A stretch of DNA of 64,000 nt from Apteryx mantelli (lineage: Eukaryota), in NCBI RefSeq assembly GCF_036417845.1, contig NC_090015.1, positions 1 to 64,000 of the forward strand, read 5' to 3'. Below are positions 24,400 through 36,236 of the stretch, one piece after another (the first letter of the stretch is position 1; the number at the start of each line of letters is the position of its first letter). A model generated the notes under the pieces. The model was not told where the DNA came from. It worked only from the letters and a program-made list of their open reading frames with translations, and did not search any database. Both the position numbers and the translations under genes were made by a program.

Positions 24400-27300
24400 G
24401 CTGGTGCCACCGGGGGGGGGGGCACGTGTGTGGGTGCGTGTGACCTGCGTGTGGGTGCGTGTGGGGGCACGTGACACCCACGTGACACCCGTGTGGGTGC
24501 GTGTGACACACATGTAGGTGCGTGTGACCTGCGTGTGGGTGCGTGTGACACCCGTGTTGGTGCGCGTGACGTGTGTGGGTGCCTATAACACACGTGTGGG
24601 TGCGTGACATTGCGTGTGGGTGCGTGTGACGTGTGTGGGTGCGTGTGACCCACGTGTGGGTGCATGTGGGTGCGTGTGGGGGGGCGTGACACCTGTGTGA
24701 CACCCGTGTGGGCGCGTGTGACCCGTGTGTGGGTCTGTGTGGGTGCGTGTGACACCCGTGTGGGTGCGTGTGGGTGTGTGTGACCCACATGTGGGTGTGT
24801 GCGACCTGTGTGTGGGTGCGTGTGGCCCGCGTGTGGGCCCGTGTGACACCCGTGGGTGCGTGTGACACGCATGTGGATGCGTGTAGGTGCGTGTGACCCA
24901 CGTGTGGGGGCATGTGGGGGTGCGTGACACCTGTGTGACACCCGTGTGGGTGCGTGTGACACACGTGTGGGTGCGTGTGACACATGTGGGTGCGTGTGAC
25001 CCATGTGTGTGTGCGTGTGACACACGTGGGTGCGTGTGAAATGCATGTGGCTGCGTGTGACCCACGTGTGGGTGTGTGTGACACACGTGTGGGTGCGTGT
25101 GGGTGCGTGTGACACCCATGTGGGTGCGTGTGACCTGCGTGTGGGTGCATGTGACCCACGTGTGGGTGCGTGTGACACGTGTGGGTGCGTGTGGGTGCAT
25201 GTGACACCCATGTGGGTGCGTGTGACCCGTGTGTGGGCCTGTGTGACCACTGTGGGTGCGTGTGACACACGTGTGGGTGCGTGTGACGTGGGAGTGGGTG
25301 CGTGTGACCTGCGTGTGGGTGCGTGTGACCCACGTGTGGGTGTGTGTGACCCACATGTGGCTGCATGTGACACCCGTGTGGGTGTGTGTGACCCACGTGT
25401 GGGGGCATGTGACCCACGTGTGGGGGCGTGTGGGGGCGCATGACACCTGTGTGACACCCGTGTGGGTGTGTGTGACCTGTGTGTGGGTGCGTGTGGGTGC
25501 GTGTGACACGTGTGGGTGTGTGTGACACCCGTGTGGGTGCGTGTGACCTGCGTGTGGGTGGGTGGGACACACGTGCGGGTGCGTGTAAAATGCGTGTGGG
25601 TGCGTGTGACACACATGTGGGGGTGTGTGACACGTGTGTGGGTGCGTGTGGGTGCGTGTGACACCTATGTGGGTGCATGTGACCTGCGTGTGGGTGCGTG
25701 TGACACGTGTGTGGGTGTGTGTGGGTGCGTGGGACCCGCATGTGGGTGCGTGTGACCTGCGTGTGGGCCTGTGTGACCCCCGTGGGCGCGTGTAACACGC
25801 GTGTGGGTGCGTGTAACACGTGTGTGGGTGCGTGTGACCTGCGTGTGGGCCCATGTGACCCCTGTGGACGCGTGTAACACACGTGTGGGTGCGTGTGGGT
25901 GTGTGTGACCCACGTGTGGGTGCGTGTGACCTGCGTGTGGGCCTGTGTGACCCCCGTGGGTGTGTGCAACATGCGTGTGGGGGCGTGTGACCCACGTGTG
26001 GGGGCGTGTGGGGGCGCATGACACCTGTGTGACACCCGTGTGGGTGCGTGTGACCTGTGTGTGGGTGCGTGTGGGTGTGTGTGACACGTGTGGGTGTGCG
26101 TGACCCACGTGTGGGTGTGTGTGACCTGCGTGTGGGTGGGTGGGACACACGTGGGTGCGTGTAAAATGCGTGTGGGTGCGTGTGACCCGCGTGTGGGTGT
26201 GTGACACGTGTGTGGGTGCGTGTGGGTGCGTGTGACACCCATGTGGGTGCGTGTGACCTGCGTGTGGGTGCATGTGACCCGCGTGTGGGTGCGTGTGACC
26301 TGCGTGTGGGCCCGTGTGACCCCCGTGGGTGCGTGTAACACGCGTGTGGGTGCGTGTGGGTGCGGGTGACCCACGTGTGGGTGCGTGTGACCTGCGTGTG
26401 GGCCTGTGTGACCCCCGTGGGTGGGTGCAACACGCGTGTGGGTGCGTGTGATGCGCGTGTGGCTGCGTGTGACCCCTGTGTGGCTGCGTGTGGGGACGCG
26501 TGACACCCGTGGGACCCCCGTGGGGTGACCCCCGTGTCCCCCGTGTCCCCACGCAGGGTGGTGCTGGGCCCCGAGCTGGCGCTGCTGGCGCCCGGCGAGC
26601 AGCCCACGGCGCCGTCCCTCTCCGGGGGGGGACACGTGTGACCCCCGCGTGGGTGCGTGTGACACCTGTGGGGTGACACGTCACGCGTGTGGGTGCGTGT
26701 GACATGTGTATGGGTGCGTGGGAGACGTGTGGGTGCGTGTGACCCGTATGTGGGTGTGGGTGACCTGCGTGTGGGTCCATGTGACACACACGTGGGTGCG
26801 TGTGACATGCGTGTGGGTGCGTGTGACGTGGGAGTGGGTGCGTGTGACCTGCGTGTGGGTGCGTGTGACCCACGTGTGGGGGTGTGTGGGGGCGCATGAC
26901 ACCTGTGTGACACCCGTGTGGGTGCGTGTGACCTGCGTGTGGGTGCGTGTGGGTGTGTGTGACACGTGTGGGTGTGCGTGACCCACGTGTGGGTGTGTGT
27001 GACCTGCGTGTGGGTGGGTGGGACACACGTGCGGGTGCGTGTGAAATGCGTGTGGGTGCGTGTGACCCACATGTGGGGGTGTGTGACGCGTGTGTGGGTG
27101 CGTGTGGGTGCGTGTGACACCTATGTGGGTGCATGTGACCTGCGTGTGGGGGCGTGTGACCCGCGTGTGGGTGCGTGACATGTGTGTGGGTGTGTGTGGG
27201 TGCGTGGGACCCGCGTGTGGGTGCGTGTGACCTGCGTGTGGGCCTGTGTGACCCCCGTGGGTGCGTGTAACACGCGTGTGGGTGCGTGTAACACGTGTGT

Positions 27301-28160
27301 GGGTGCGTGTGACCTGCGTGTGGGCCCGTGTGACCCCCGTGGGCGCGTGTAACACACGTGTGGGTGCGTGTGGGTGCGTGTGACCCATGTGTGGGTGCGT
27401 GTGACCGGCGCGTGGGTGCGTGTGGGTGCGTGTGACGTGGGTGTGGGTGCGTGTGGGTGCATGTGACATGCATGTGGGTGCGCGTGACCCCCGTGGGGTG
27501 ACCCCCGTGTCCCCCCCACCCACGCAAGGTGGTGCTGGGCCCCGAGCTGGCGCTGCTGGCGCCCGGCGAGCAGCCCACGGCGCCGTCCCTCTCCGGGGTG
27601 GGACGCGTGTGACCCCCGTGGGGACCCGCGTGGGTGCGTGTGACCCCCGTGGGGTGACCCCCGTGTCCCCCCCACCCACGCAGGGTGGTGCTGGGCCCCG
27701 AGCTGGCGCTGCTGGCGCCCGGCGAGCAGCCCACGGTGCTGTCCCTCTCCGGGGGGGGACGCGTGTGACCCCCGCGTGGGTGCGTGTGGGTGCGTGTGAC
27801 CCCCGTGGGGATGCGTGTGACCCCCGTGGGGTGACCCCCGTGTCCCCCGTGTCCCCACGCAGGGTGGTGCTGGGCCCCGAGCTGGCGCTGCTGGCGCCCG
27901 GCGAGCAGCCCACGGCGCCGTCCCTCTCCGGGGTGGGACACGTGTGACCCCCGTGGGGACCCGCGTGGGTGCGTGTGACCCCCGTGGGGTGACCCCCGTG
28001 TCCCCCGTGTCCCCACGCAGGGTGGTGCTGGGCCCCGAGCTGGCGCTGCTGGCGCCCGGCGAGCAGCCCACGGCGCCGTCCCTCTCCGGGGGGGGACGCG
28101 TGTGACCCCCGCGTGGGTGCGTGTGACCCCCGTGGGGTGACCCCCGTGTCCCCCGTGTCC
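24400..28160. repeat. GT-rich repeat of 9-30-bp units (gtgtgggtgcgtgtgacccacgtgtgggtgcgtgtgac), carrying the exon-9 junction copies near its 3' end
   Basis: Direct reading. The alternating purine-pyrimidine GT/GC character is evident. Confidence 0.9.
26530..28100 (+). other. Five truncated copies of the exon-9 acceptor plus its 5' 80 nt, starting at 26556, 27529, 27684, 27863 and 28021; they lie upstream of the real exon at 28169
   Basis: The string ccccacgcag|ggtggtgctgggccccgagctggcgctgctggcgcccggcgagcagcccacgg(c/t)gc(c/t)gtccctctccgggg recurs, with each copy diverging after ctctccgggg. The second copy has caag in place of cag. Confidence 0.85.
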
Positions 28161-28168
28161 CCACGCAG

Positions 28169-28366
28169 GGTGGTGCTGGGCCCCGAGCTGGCGCTGCTGG
28201 CGCCCGGCGAGCAGCCCACGGTGCTGTCCCTCTCCGGGGGACGCCCCAAGCGTCCCCACGCCCGCCGCGCCCTCTGCCTGCTGCTGGGCCCCGACTTCTG
28301 CGCCGACCTCGTGGCCATCGAGACCGCCGACCACGCCCGCCTCCAGCTCCAGCTCGCCTACAACTG
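28169..28366 (+). CDS. MVP: MVP coding exon ([68 protein letters not shown]); AG 28167-28168, donor GT 28367-28368; phase 2 at both ends
   Basis: Almost identical to MVP '[66 protein letters not shown]'. It is the last and only complete copy in a series of five upstream truncated copies. Confidence 0.88.
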
Positions 28367-28369
28367 GTG

Positions 28370-29690
28370 GGCGGGGCTTCGCGGGGGGGGCGGGGCTTGG
28401 CCCGCGGGGGCGGGTGGGGCTCGAGGGGGCGGGGGCTCATGTGGAGGAGGGCTGGGGGCTGGGGAGCTCCTAGGTGGGGAGAAGGGGAGGTGGGGCCTAG
28501 GGAGGGGGCGTGGCTTAACAGAGGAGGCAGGGTTTGTGGGCGGGGCTTGGACCTAGGGGTGGGGCTTGAGGGGGCGGGGCTCAGGGGAGGAGGTCTGGGG
28601 GAGGAGGTCTGGGGGCTGGGGTGCTCCCGGGTGGGGAGAAAGGGAGGTGGGGCCTAGGGAGGGGGCGTGGCTTAACACAGGAGGCGGGGATTGTGGGCGG
28701 GGCTTGGCCGCAGGGTGGGGCTTGAGGGGGCAGGGCTTATGGGAAGAGGTCTGGGGGAGGTGGGATGGGGCTGGGGAGCTCTTAGGTAGGGAGAAAGGGA
28801 GGTGGGGCCTAGGGAGGGGCGGGGCTTAAGCCAGGAGGCGGGGCTTGTGGGCGGGGTTTGGACCGGGGGGGCAGGACTTAGCCCAGGGGGGCGGCACTTG
28901 GCTCCAGCAGGGGGCTGGGGAGCTCCTAGGTAAGGAGAAAGGGAGGTGGACCCTGGGGAGGGGGTGTGGTTTAAGACAGGGGGTGGGGCTTGTGGGCGGG
29001 GTTCGGACAAGGGGGCGGGACTTAGCCCAGGGGGGCGGTGCTTGGTTCCAGTAGGGGACCAGGGAGCTGTGATGGGGCTGGGAAGCTCCCAGGTGGGGAG
29101 ACAGGGAGGCGGAGCCTGGGCAGGGGGTGGGGCTTAATCAAGGGGCAGGACTGGTGAGCAGAAGGGGGGTGGTGCTAGGTGGAAGGGGGCGTGGCTTGGT
29201 GGAAGGGGGCGTGGCTAGGTGGAAGGGGGCGTGGCCAGGGGATTCCACTCTGGTTTCTGCAAAGGGGGCCGAGCCTGGCAGGGGAAGGGGCAGGAAGGGG
29301 GGCGTGGCCTGGCGGTGGGGCGTGGCCTGAGGCGGGGGCGTGGCCAGGGGAAAGGGGGCGTGTGTTTGTAGGGGGCGTGGCCAGGGGATTCCGCTCTGGC
29401 TTCCTCAAAGGGGGCCGAGCCTGGCAGGGGAAGGGGCAGGAAAGGGGGGGGCGTGGCCTAGCATTTTAGGGGGGGCGTGCCCTGGCGGTGGGGCGTGTCT
29501 TGGCGGTGGGCGTGGCCAGGGGAAGGGGGCGTGGCCAGGGGAGAAGGGGGCGTGGCCTGGGGTGGCCGTAGGAGTTCTTACTGCTGCAAAGGACGGGAAG
29601 GAGAAGGAGCAGGAAAAAGGGGGGCGGGGCCTGGTGGGTGATGGGGGCGTGGCCCCGTGGCGCGGAGGGGGCGGGGACACTGAGGCCACG
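28370..29690. repeat. Degenerate GC-rich repeat of about 18-30-bp units (ggaagggggcgtggcc / ggggcgtggcctgg)
   Basis: Direct reading. Confidence 0.8.
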
Positions 29691-29700
29691 CCCCCCGCAG

Positions 29701-29839
29701 GCACTTCGAGGTGCCGGAGGCGCCGGAGGAGCTGGGCCGCCTCTTCAGCGTCCCCGACTTCGTGGGTGACGCCTGCAAGGCCCTGGCGTCCCGCGTGCGC
29801 GGCGCCGTCGCCGCCGTCTCCTTCGACGACTTCCACAAG
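29701..29839 (+). CDS. MVP: MVP coding exon ([47 protein letters not shown]); AG 29699-29700, donor GT 29840-29841
   Basis: Matches MVP '[48 protein letters not shown]'. The Trp codon is split with the previous exon. Confidence 0.88.
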
Positions 29840-29859
29840 GTGACGTCGTGTCCCGTCAC

Positions 29860-31640
29860 CGTGTGTCACCGCGCGTCACCCCGTGTCACCCCCCCGGGGC
29901 CTCCCGCCTCCTCCCGGCCGCGGCGCGGCACGGCCGCGGGTCTCCGCGTCGTCTCCCGGCGCCCCGTGTCACCCCCAGGTCATCCCGTCTCGCCCTCAGG
30001 TCATCACATGTCATCACCAGGTCATCCCGTGTCATCACTAGGTCATCCCGTGTCACCCCCAGGTCAACCCATGTCGTCACTAGGTCATCCCGTGTCACCC
30101 CTAGGTCAACACGTGTCACCCCTAGGTCATCCCATGTCATTGCCAGGTCATCCCGTGTCGCCCTCAGGTCATCATGTGTCATCACCAGGTCATCCCGTGT
30201 CATCACTAGGTCATCCCGTGTCACCCCTAGGTCAACCCGTGTCACCCCCAGGTCAACCCATGTCGTCACTAGGTCATTCCGTGTCACCCCTAGGTCAACA
30301 CGTGTCACCCCTAGGTCATCCCATGTCATTGCCAGGTCATCCCGTGTCCCCCCTAGGTCAACCTGTGTCACCCTCAGGTCAACCCGTGTCACCCCCAGGT
30401 CATCCCATGTCACCCCCATGTCATCCCATGTCATTGCCAGATCATCCCGTGTCACCCCCAGGTCATCCCGTGTCATTGCCAGGTCATCCCATGTCACCCT
30501 TAGGTCAACCCATGTCACCCTCAGGTCATCCCATGTCATCGCTAGGTCATCCCATGTCACCCCTAGGTCAACCTGTGTCACCCCCAGGTCATCCCAAGTC
30601 ATCGCTAGGTCATCCCATGTCATTGCCAGGTCATCCCGTGTCACCCCTAGGTCAACCCGTGTCACCCCCAGGTCATCCCACATCATCCCCAGGTCGTCCC
30701 CTGTCATTGCCAGGTCATCTCCTGGCACCCCATATCACCCCCAGGTCATCCCGTGTCACCGCTAGGTCATCCCGTGTCACCCCTGGGTCATCCCGTGTCA
30801 TCGCTAGGTCATCCCATGCCACCTCCAGATCATCCCGTGTCATCACCAGGTCATCTGGCACCTCCTGTCATTGCCAGGTCCTCCCATGTCATTGCCAGGT
30901 CATCCCCTGTCACCCCCGGGTCATCCCATGTCACCCCCAGGTTGCCCTGCGTCATTCCGTGTCGCTGCACGTCATCCCGTGTCATCCCCGGGTGTCCCCG
31001 CGTCACCCAACATTATTCCGCTGTCATCCTGTGTCACCACATGTCATCCCGTGTCACCACATGTCATCGCCGTGTCCCCTTGTGTCACCCCATGTCACCC
31101 CATGTTGTCCTGGGTCATCCCTGGGTCAACCCGTGTCACCCGGGGTTACTCTGTGTCACCTCAAGTCATCCCCATGTCATCCTGTGTCATCCCCATGTCA
31201 CTCCATGTCCCCCATGACATCCCTGTGTTGTCCCATGTCACCCCATGTCACTGCACGTCACCCTGTGTCAACCCCGTGTGTCCTCATGTCATCCCGTGTC
31301 AGCCTTGAGTCATCTTTTGTCACCCCATGTCATCGCGTGTCCACATTATGTCACCATATGTCATCCAGGTCACCCCATGTCCTGTGTCACTGTGTGTCAC
31401 GCCTGTGTCACCCCCCGTGTCCCCACGTCACCCCCACGACGCCTTGTGCCAGCCCGTGTCGTTCCTGCGTGTCCCCGTGTTGCTCCTTGTCCCCTTGTCC
31501 CCACCATGTCCCCGCTGTCCCAATGGCCTTGTGTCCCCTGGTGTCCCTGTGTCCCCAATGTGCCCTAATGTCCGTGGTGTCCCCAGTGCCCCCAACATCT
31601 CCAATGTCCCTGCTGTCCCCTAACTTCCCTGGTGTCCCCT
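29860..31640. repeat. Minisatellite of 21-bp units (ccaggtcatcccgtgtcaccc), grown from the exon-10 donor-proximal sequence gtgacgtcgtgtcccgtcacc
   Basis: Direct reading. The ORF 29848..30765 periodicity reads RSSRVTP. Confidence 0.9.
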
Positions 31641-33150
31641 AATGTCCCCAGAGCTCGAACCCCGTGATCTGCCCGGCCCTGTTCAGCTTCAGCGAGGCCC
31701 CATGTCCCCAATGTCCCCAATGTCCCCGACGTCCCCAATGTCCCTGATGTCCCCAATGCCCCCAATATCTCCAATGTCCCCGATGTCCCCAATGTCCCTG
31801 ATGTCCCTGATGTCCCCAATGTCCCCGACGTCCCCATCGTCCCTGATGTCCCCAATGCCCCCAATATCTCCAATGTCCCCGATGTCCCCAATGTCCCTGA
31901 TGTCCCTGATGTCCCCAACGTCCCTGATGTCCCCAATGCCCCCAATATCTCCAATGTCCCCGATGTCCCCAATGTCCCTGATGTCCCCGATGTCCCCAGA
32001 ACTCCAACCGGGTGATCTGCTCGGCCGTGTTCGGCTTCAACGAGGCCCCATGTCCCTAATGTCCCGTAATGTCCCCAATGCCCCGTAATGTCCCCGATGT
32101 CCCCAACATCCTCAATGTCCCCAATGTCCCCAACGTCCCCGATGTCCCCGACGTCCCCGCCGTCCCCAGAACTCCAACCGGGTGATCTGCTCGGCCGTGT
32201 TCGGCTTCGATGAGGCCCCGTGTCCATAATGTCCCGTAATGTCCCCAATGTCCCCAACATCCTCAATGTCCCCAATGTCCCCGATGTCCCTGATGTCCCT
32301 GACGTCCCCGCCGTCCCCAGAACTCCAACCGGGTGATCTGCTCGGCCACGTTCGGCTTCGACGAGGCCCCGTGTCCATAATGTCCCGTAATGTCCCCAAT
32401 GTCCCCAAGGTCCCCGACATCCCCAATGTCCCCGATGTCCTGACATCCCCGATGTCCCCAATGTCCCCGATGTCCCCAGAACTCCAACTGGGTGATCTGC
32501 TCGGCTGTGTTCGGCTTCGATGAGGCCCCGTGTCCCTAATGTCCTGTAATGTCCCCGATGTCCCAACGTCCCCAACGTCCCCAATGTCCTCAATGTCCCC
32601 AACATCCCTGATGTCCCCAACGTCCCTGATGTCCCCAGAACTCCAACCGGGTGATCTGCTCAGCCGTGTTCGGCTTCGACGAGGCCCCGTGTCCATAATG
32701 TCCCATGATGTCCCCAACATCCCTGATGGCCCTGATGTCCCCGACGTCCCTGATGTCCCCGATGTCCCTGATGTCCCCAACGTCCCTGCTGTCCCCAGAA
32801 CTCCAACCGGGTGATCTGCTCGGCCGTGTTCGGCTTCAACGAGGCCCCGTGTCCCTAATGTCCCATGATGTCCCCGATGTCCCCAACGTCCCTGATGTCC
32901 CCGATGTCCCCGACGTCCCCAACGTCCCCAGAACTCCAACCGGGTGATCTGCTCGGCCGTGTTCGGCTTCGACAAGACCCTATGTCCCTAATGTCCCGTA
33001 ATGTCCCCGATGTCCCGTAATGTCCCTGCTGTCCCCAACATCCTCAATGTCCCCAACGTCTCCGATGTCCCCGACATCCCTGATGTCCCCGATGTCCCCA
33101 GAACTCCAACCGGGTGATCTGCTCGGCCGTGTTCGGCTTCGACGAGGCCC
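31640..33150 (+). other. Nine copies of the exon-11 acceptor plus its 5' 50 nt (ccccag|aactccaaccgggtgatctgctcggccgtgttcggcttcgacgag), starting at 31652 (degenerate), 32000, 32170, 32321, 32480, 32639, 32799, 32932 and 33102
   Basis: Near-identical strings recur every 133-170 bp inside a higher-order repeat of 15-21-bp 'gatgtcccc' units. The copies continue gccccgtgtcc, whereas the real exon at 33253 continues ggcggccgcctgcgc. Confidence 0.85.
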
Positions 33151-33252
33151 CGTGTCCCTAATGTCCCGTAATGTCCCCAATGTCCCCAACGTCCCCGATG
33201 TCCCCGATGTCCCTGACGTCCCCGATGTCCCCAATGTCCCCGATGTCCCCAG

Positions 33253-33465
33253 AACTCCCAACCGGGTGATCTGCTCGGCCGTGTTCGGCTTCGACGAGGG
33301 CGGCCGCCTGCGCGAGCGCCTCCGCTTCGCCCCCAACGGCCTGGTGGTCACCAGCGTGGACATCCAGAGCGTGGAGCCCGTGGACCAGCGGACGCGCGAC
33401 GCCCTGCAGCGCAGCGTCCAGCTCGCCATCGAGATCGCCACCAACTCCCAGGAGGCCACCGCCAG
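33253..33465 (+). CDS. MVP: MVP coding exon ([70 protein letters not shown]-ag); AG 33251-33252, donor GT 33466-33467. Apparent +1 frameshift in a C-run near 33257-33259
   Basis: Matches MVP 'NSARIIRMAVFGFE...[47 protein letters not shown]'. The nine upstream truncated copies read aactccaaccgg in frame, whereas this copy reads aactcccaaccgg. Confidence 0.7.
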
Positions 33466-33469
33466 GTCC

Positions 33470-35300
33470 CGTGGCCCCGCGCGTCCCCGCGGGTCCCCAA
33501 GGGTCCCCCCCGTGTTGTCCCGCGTCCTCCTGTATCTCCCACCTTGCCCGTGTCTTGACCTTCCCATGTTCTCATGTATCTTCTCATGTCTTGCCATGTT
33601 CTCCATGTCCCCATGGGTCCCCGTGGGTCCCTCTCGTCCCCTATCCCCCACCTTGCCCATGTCCTGGTGGTCCCGTGTTCTCTCATGACCTGCCACGTCC
33701 CTCATGTCACCTCCATGTCCCCATGGGTCCCCAAGGGTCCCCCCCCGTGTTGTCCCGCGTCCTCCTGTATCCCCCACCTTGCCCGTGTCTTGATGTCCCC
33801 ATGTTCTCATGCATCTTCTCATGTCTTGCCACGTTCTTCATGTCACCTCCATGTCCCCATGGGTCCCCAAGGGTCCCCCTCGTGTTGTCCCACGTCCTCC
33901 CGTATCCCCCACCTTGCCCATGTCCTGGTGTCCCCATGTTCTCATGTATCTTCTCATGTCTTGCCATGTTCTCCATGTCACCTCCATGTCATCATGGGTC
34001 CCCAAGGGTCCCTCTCGTCCCCTATCCCACACCTTGCCCGTGTCCTGGTGGTCCCATGTTCTCATGTATCTTTTCCTGACCTGCCACGTCCCCCATGTCA
34101 CCTCCATGTCACCATGGGTCCCCGTGGGTCCCTCTCGTCCCCTATCCCCCACCTTGCCCATGTCCCGGTGGTTCCGTGTTCTCATGTATCTTCTCATGAC
34201 CTGCCACGTCCCCCGTGTCACCCCTATGTCCCCATGGGTCCCCAAGGGTCCCTCTCGTCCCCTATCCCCCACCTTGCCCATGTCCTGGTGGTCCCGTGTT
34301 CTCTCATGACCTGCCACGTCCCCCATGTCACCTCCATGTCACCATGGGTCCCCAAGGGTCCCCCCCGTGTTGTCCCGCGTTCTCCCATATCCCCCACTTT
34401 GCCCGTGTCTTGATGTCCCCATGTTCTCATGCATCTTCTCATGTCTTGCCATGTTCTCCATGTCACCTCCATGTCCCCATGGGTCCCCGTGGGTCCCTCC
34501 CGTGTTGTCCCGTGTCCTCCCGTATCCCCCACTTTGCCCGTGTCCTGGTGTCCCCATGTTCTCATGTATCTTCTCATGACCTGCCACATCCCCCATGTCC
34601 CCATGGGTCCCCAAGGGTCCCTCTCGTCCCCTATCCCCCACCTTGCCCGTGTCCCGGTGGTTCCGTGTTCTCATGTATCTTCTCATGACCTGCCACGTCC
34701 CCCTGTGTCACCCCTATGTCCCCATGGGTCCCCGTGGGTCCCTCTCGTCCCCTATCCCCCACCTTGCCCATGTCCTGGTGGTCCCATGTTCTCTCATGAC
34801 CTGCCACGTCCCTCATGTCACCTCCATGTCCCCATGGGTCCCCAAGGGTCCCCCCCGTGTTGTCCCGCGTCCTCCTGTATACCCCACCTTGCCCGTGTCC
34901 TGGTGTCCCCATGTTCTCATGCATCTTCTCATGTCCTGCCATGTTCTCCATGTCACCTCCATGTCATCATGGGTCCCCAAGGGTCCCTCTCGTCCCCTAT
35001 CCCCCACCTTGCCCGTGTCCTGGTGGTCCTGTGTCCTCATGTATCTTCTCATGACCTGCCACGTCCCCCGTGTCACCTCCATGTCATCATGGGTCCCCGT
35101 GGGTCCCTCTTGTCCCCTATCCCCCACCTTGCCCGTGTCCTGGTGGTCCTGTGTCCTCATGTATCTTTTCCTGACCTGCCACGTCCCCCATGTGACCTCC
35201 ATGTCCCCATGGGTCCCCGTGGGTCCCTCTTGTCCCCTATCCCCCACCTTGCCCGTGTCCTGGTGGTCCCGTGTCCTCATGTATCTTCTCCTGACCTGCC
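33470..35300. repeat. Satellite of about 120-bp units (…caccttgcccatgtcctggtggtcccgtgttctctcatgacctgccacgtccctcatgtcacctccatgtccccatgggtccccaagggtccc…), starting at the exon-11 donor
   Basis: Repeated peptide blocks appear in ORFs 33471.., 33574.. and 33809... Confidence 0.9.
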
Positions 35301-36230
35301 ACGTCCCTCATGTCACCTCCATGTCCCTCCATGTCCCCCCATGTCCTCCATGTCCCCCATGTCCCCCATGTCACCTCCATGTCCCTCCATGTCCCTCCAT
35401 GTCCCCCATGTCCCTCCATGTCCCCCCATGTCCCTCCATGTCCTTCCATGTCCCTCCATGTCCCATGTCCCCCATGTCCCCCCACGTCCCCCCACGTCCC
35501 CCCACGTCCCCCATGTCCCTCCATGTCCCCCCATGTCCATGTCCCCCCATGTCCCTCCATGTCCCACCATGTCCTCCATGTCCCTCCATGTCCCCCATGT
35601 CCCCCATGTCCCTCCATGTCCCCCCATGTCCCTCCATGTCCCCCCATGTCCCCCAAGTCCCCCCATGTCCCCCCCATGTCCCTCCATGTCCCTCCATGTC
35701 CCCCCATGTCCCCCCATGTCCCTCCATGTCCCCCCATGTCCCCCATGTCCCCCATGTCCCCCCATGTCCCCCCATGTCCCCCATGTCCCTCCATGTCCCT
35801 CCATGTCCCCCCATGTCCCCCCATGTCCCTCCATGTCCCCCACGTCCCCCCACGTCCCCCAAGTCCCTCCATGTCCCCCCATGTCCCTCCATGTCCCTCC
35901 ATGTCCCCCCATGTCCCCCATGTCCCCCATGTCCCCCATGTCCCTCCATGTCCCCCCATGTCCCTCCATGTCCCTCCATGTCCCCCCATGTCCCCCATGT
36001 CCCTCCATGTCCCTCCATGTCCCCCCATGTCCCACCATGTCCTCCATGTCCCTCCATGTCCCTCCATGTCCCCCATGTCCTTCCATGTCCTTCCATGTCC
36101 CCCCATGTCCCTCCATGTCCCTCCATGTTCTCCATATCCACGTCCACGTCCCCCCCATGTTCCCCATCCCCCCGCGTCCCCCCGCGCCCCACGTGTCCCC
36201 CTGCGTCCCCACGTGTCCCCCCGTGTCCCC
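35300..36230. repeat. Microsatellite of 9-10-bp units (ccatgtccc(t/c)), about 95 copies, ending at the exon-12 acceptor
   Basis: Direct reading. Confidence 0.9.
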
Positions 36231-36236
36231 TCGCAG

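Larger units (their letters stand above)
19575..24400. repeat. Minisatellite of 18-21-bp units (ggggacatcggggacgtt / ctgggacatggaggacatcagagacgtt), with 1.5-2.5-kb higher-order units that each carry an exon-8 3' end plus donor
   Basis: Direct reading. The unit motif GGGGAC(A/G)T(C/T) also occurs in-frame inside exon 8. Confidence 0.9.
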
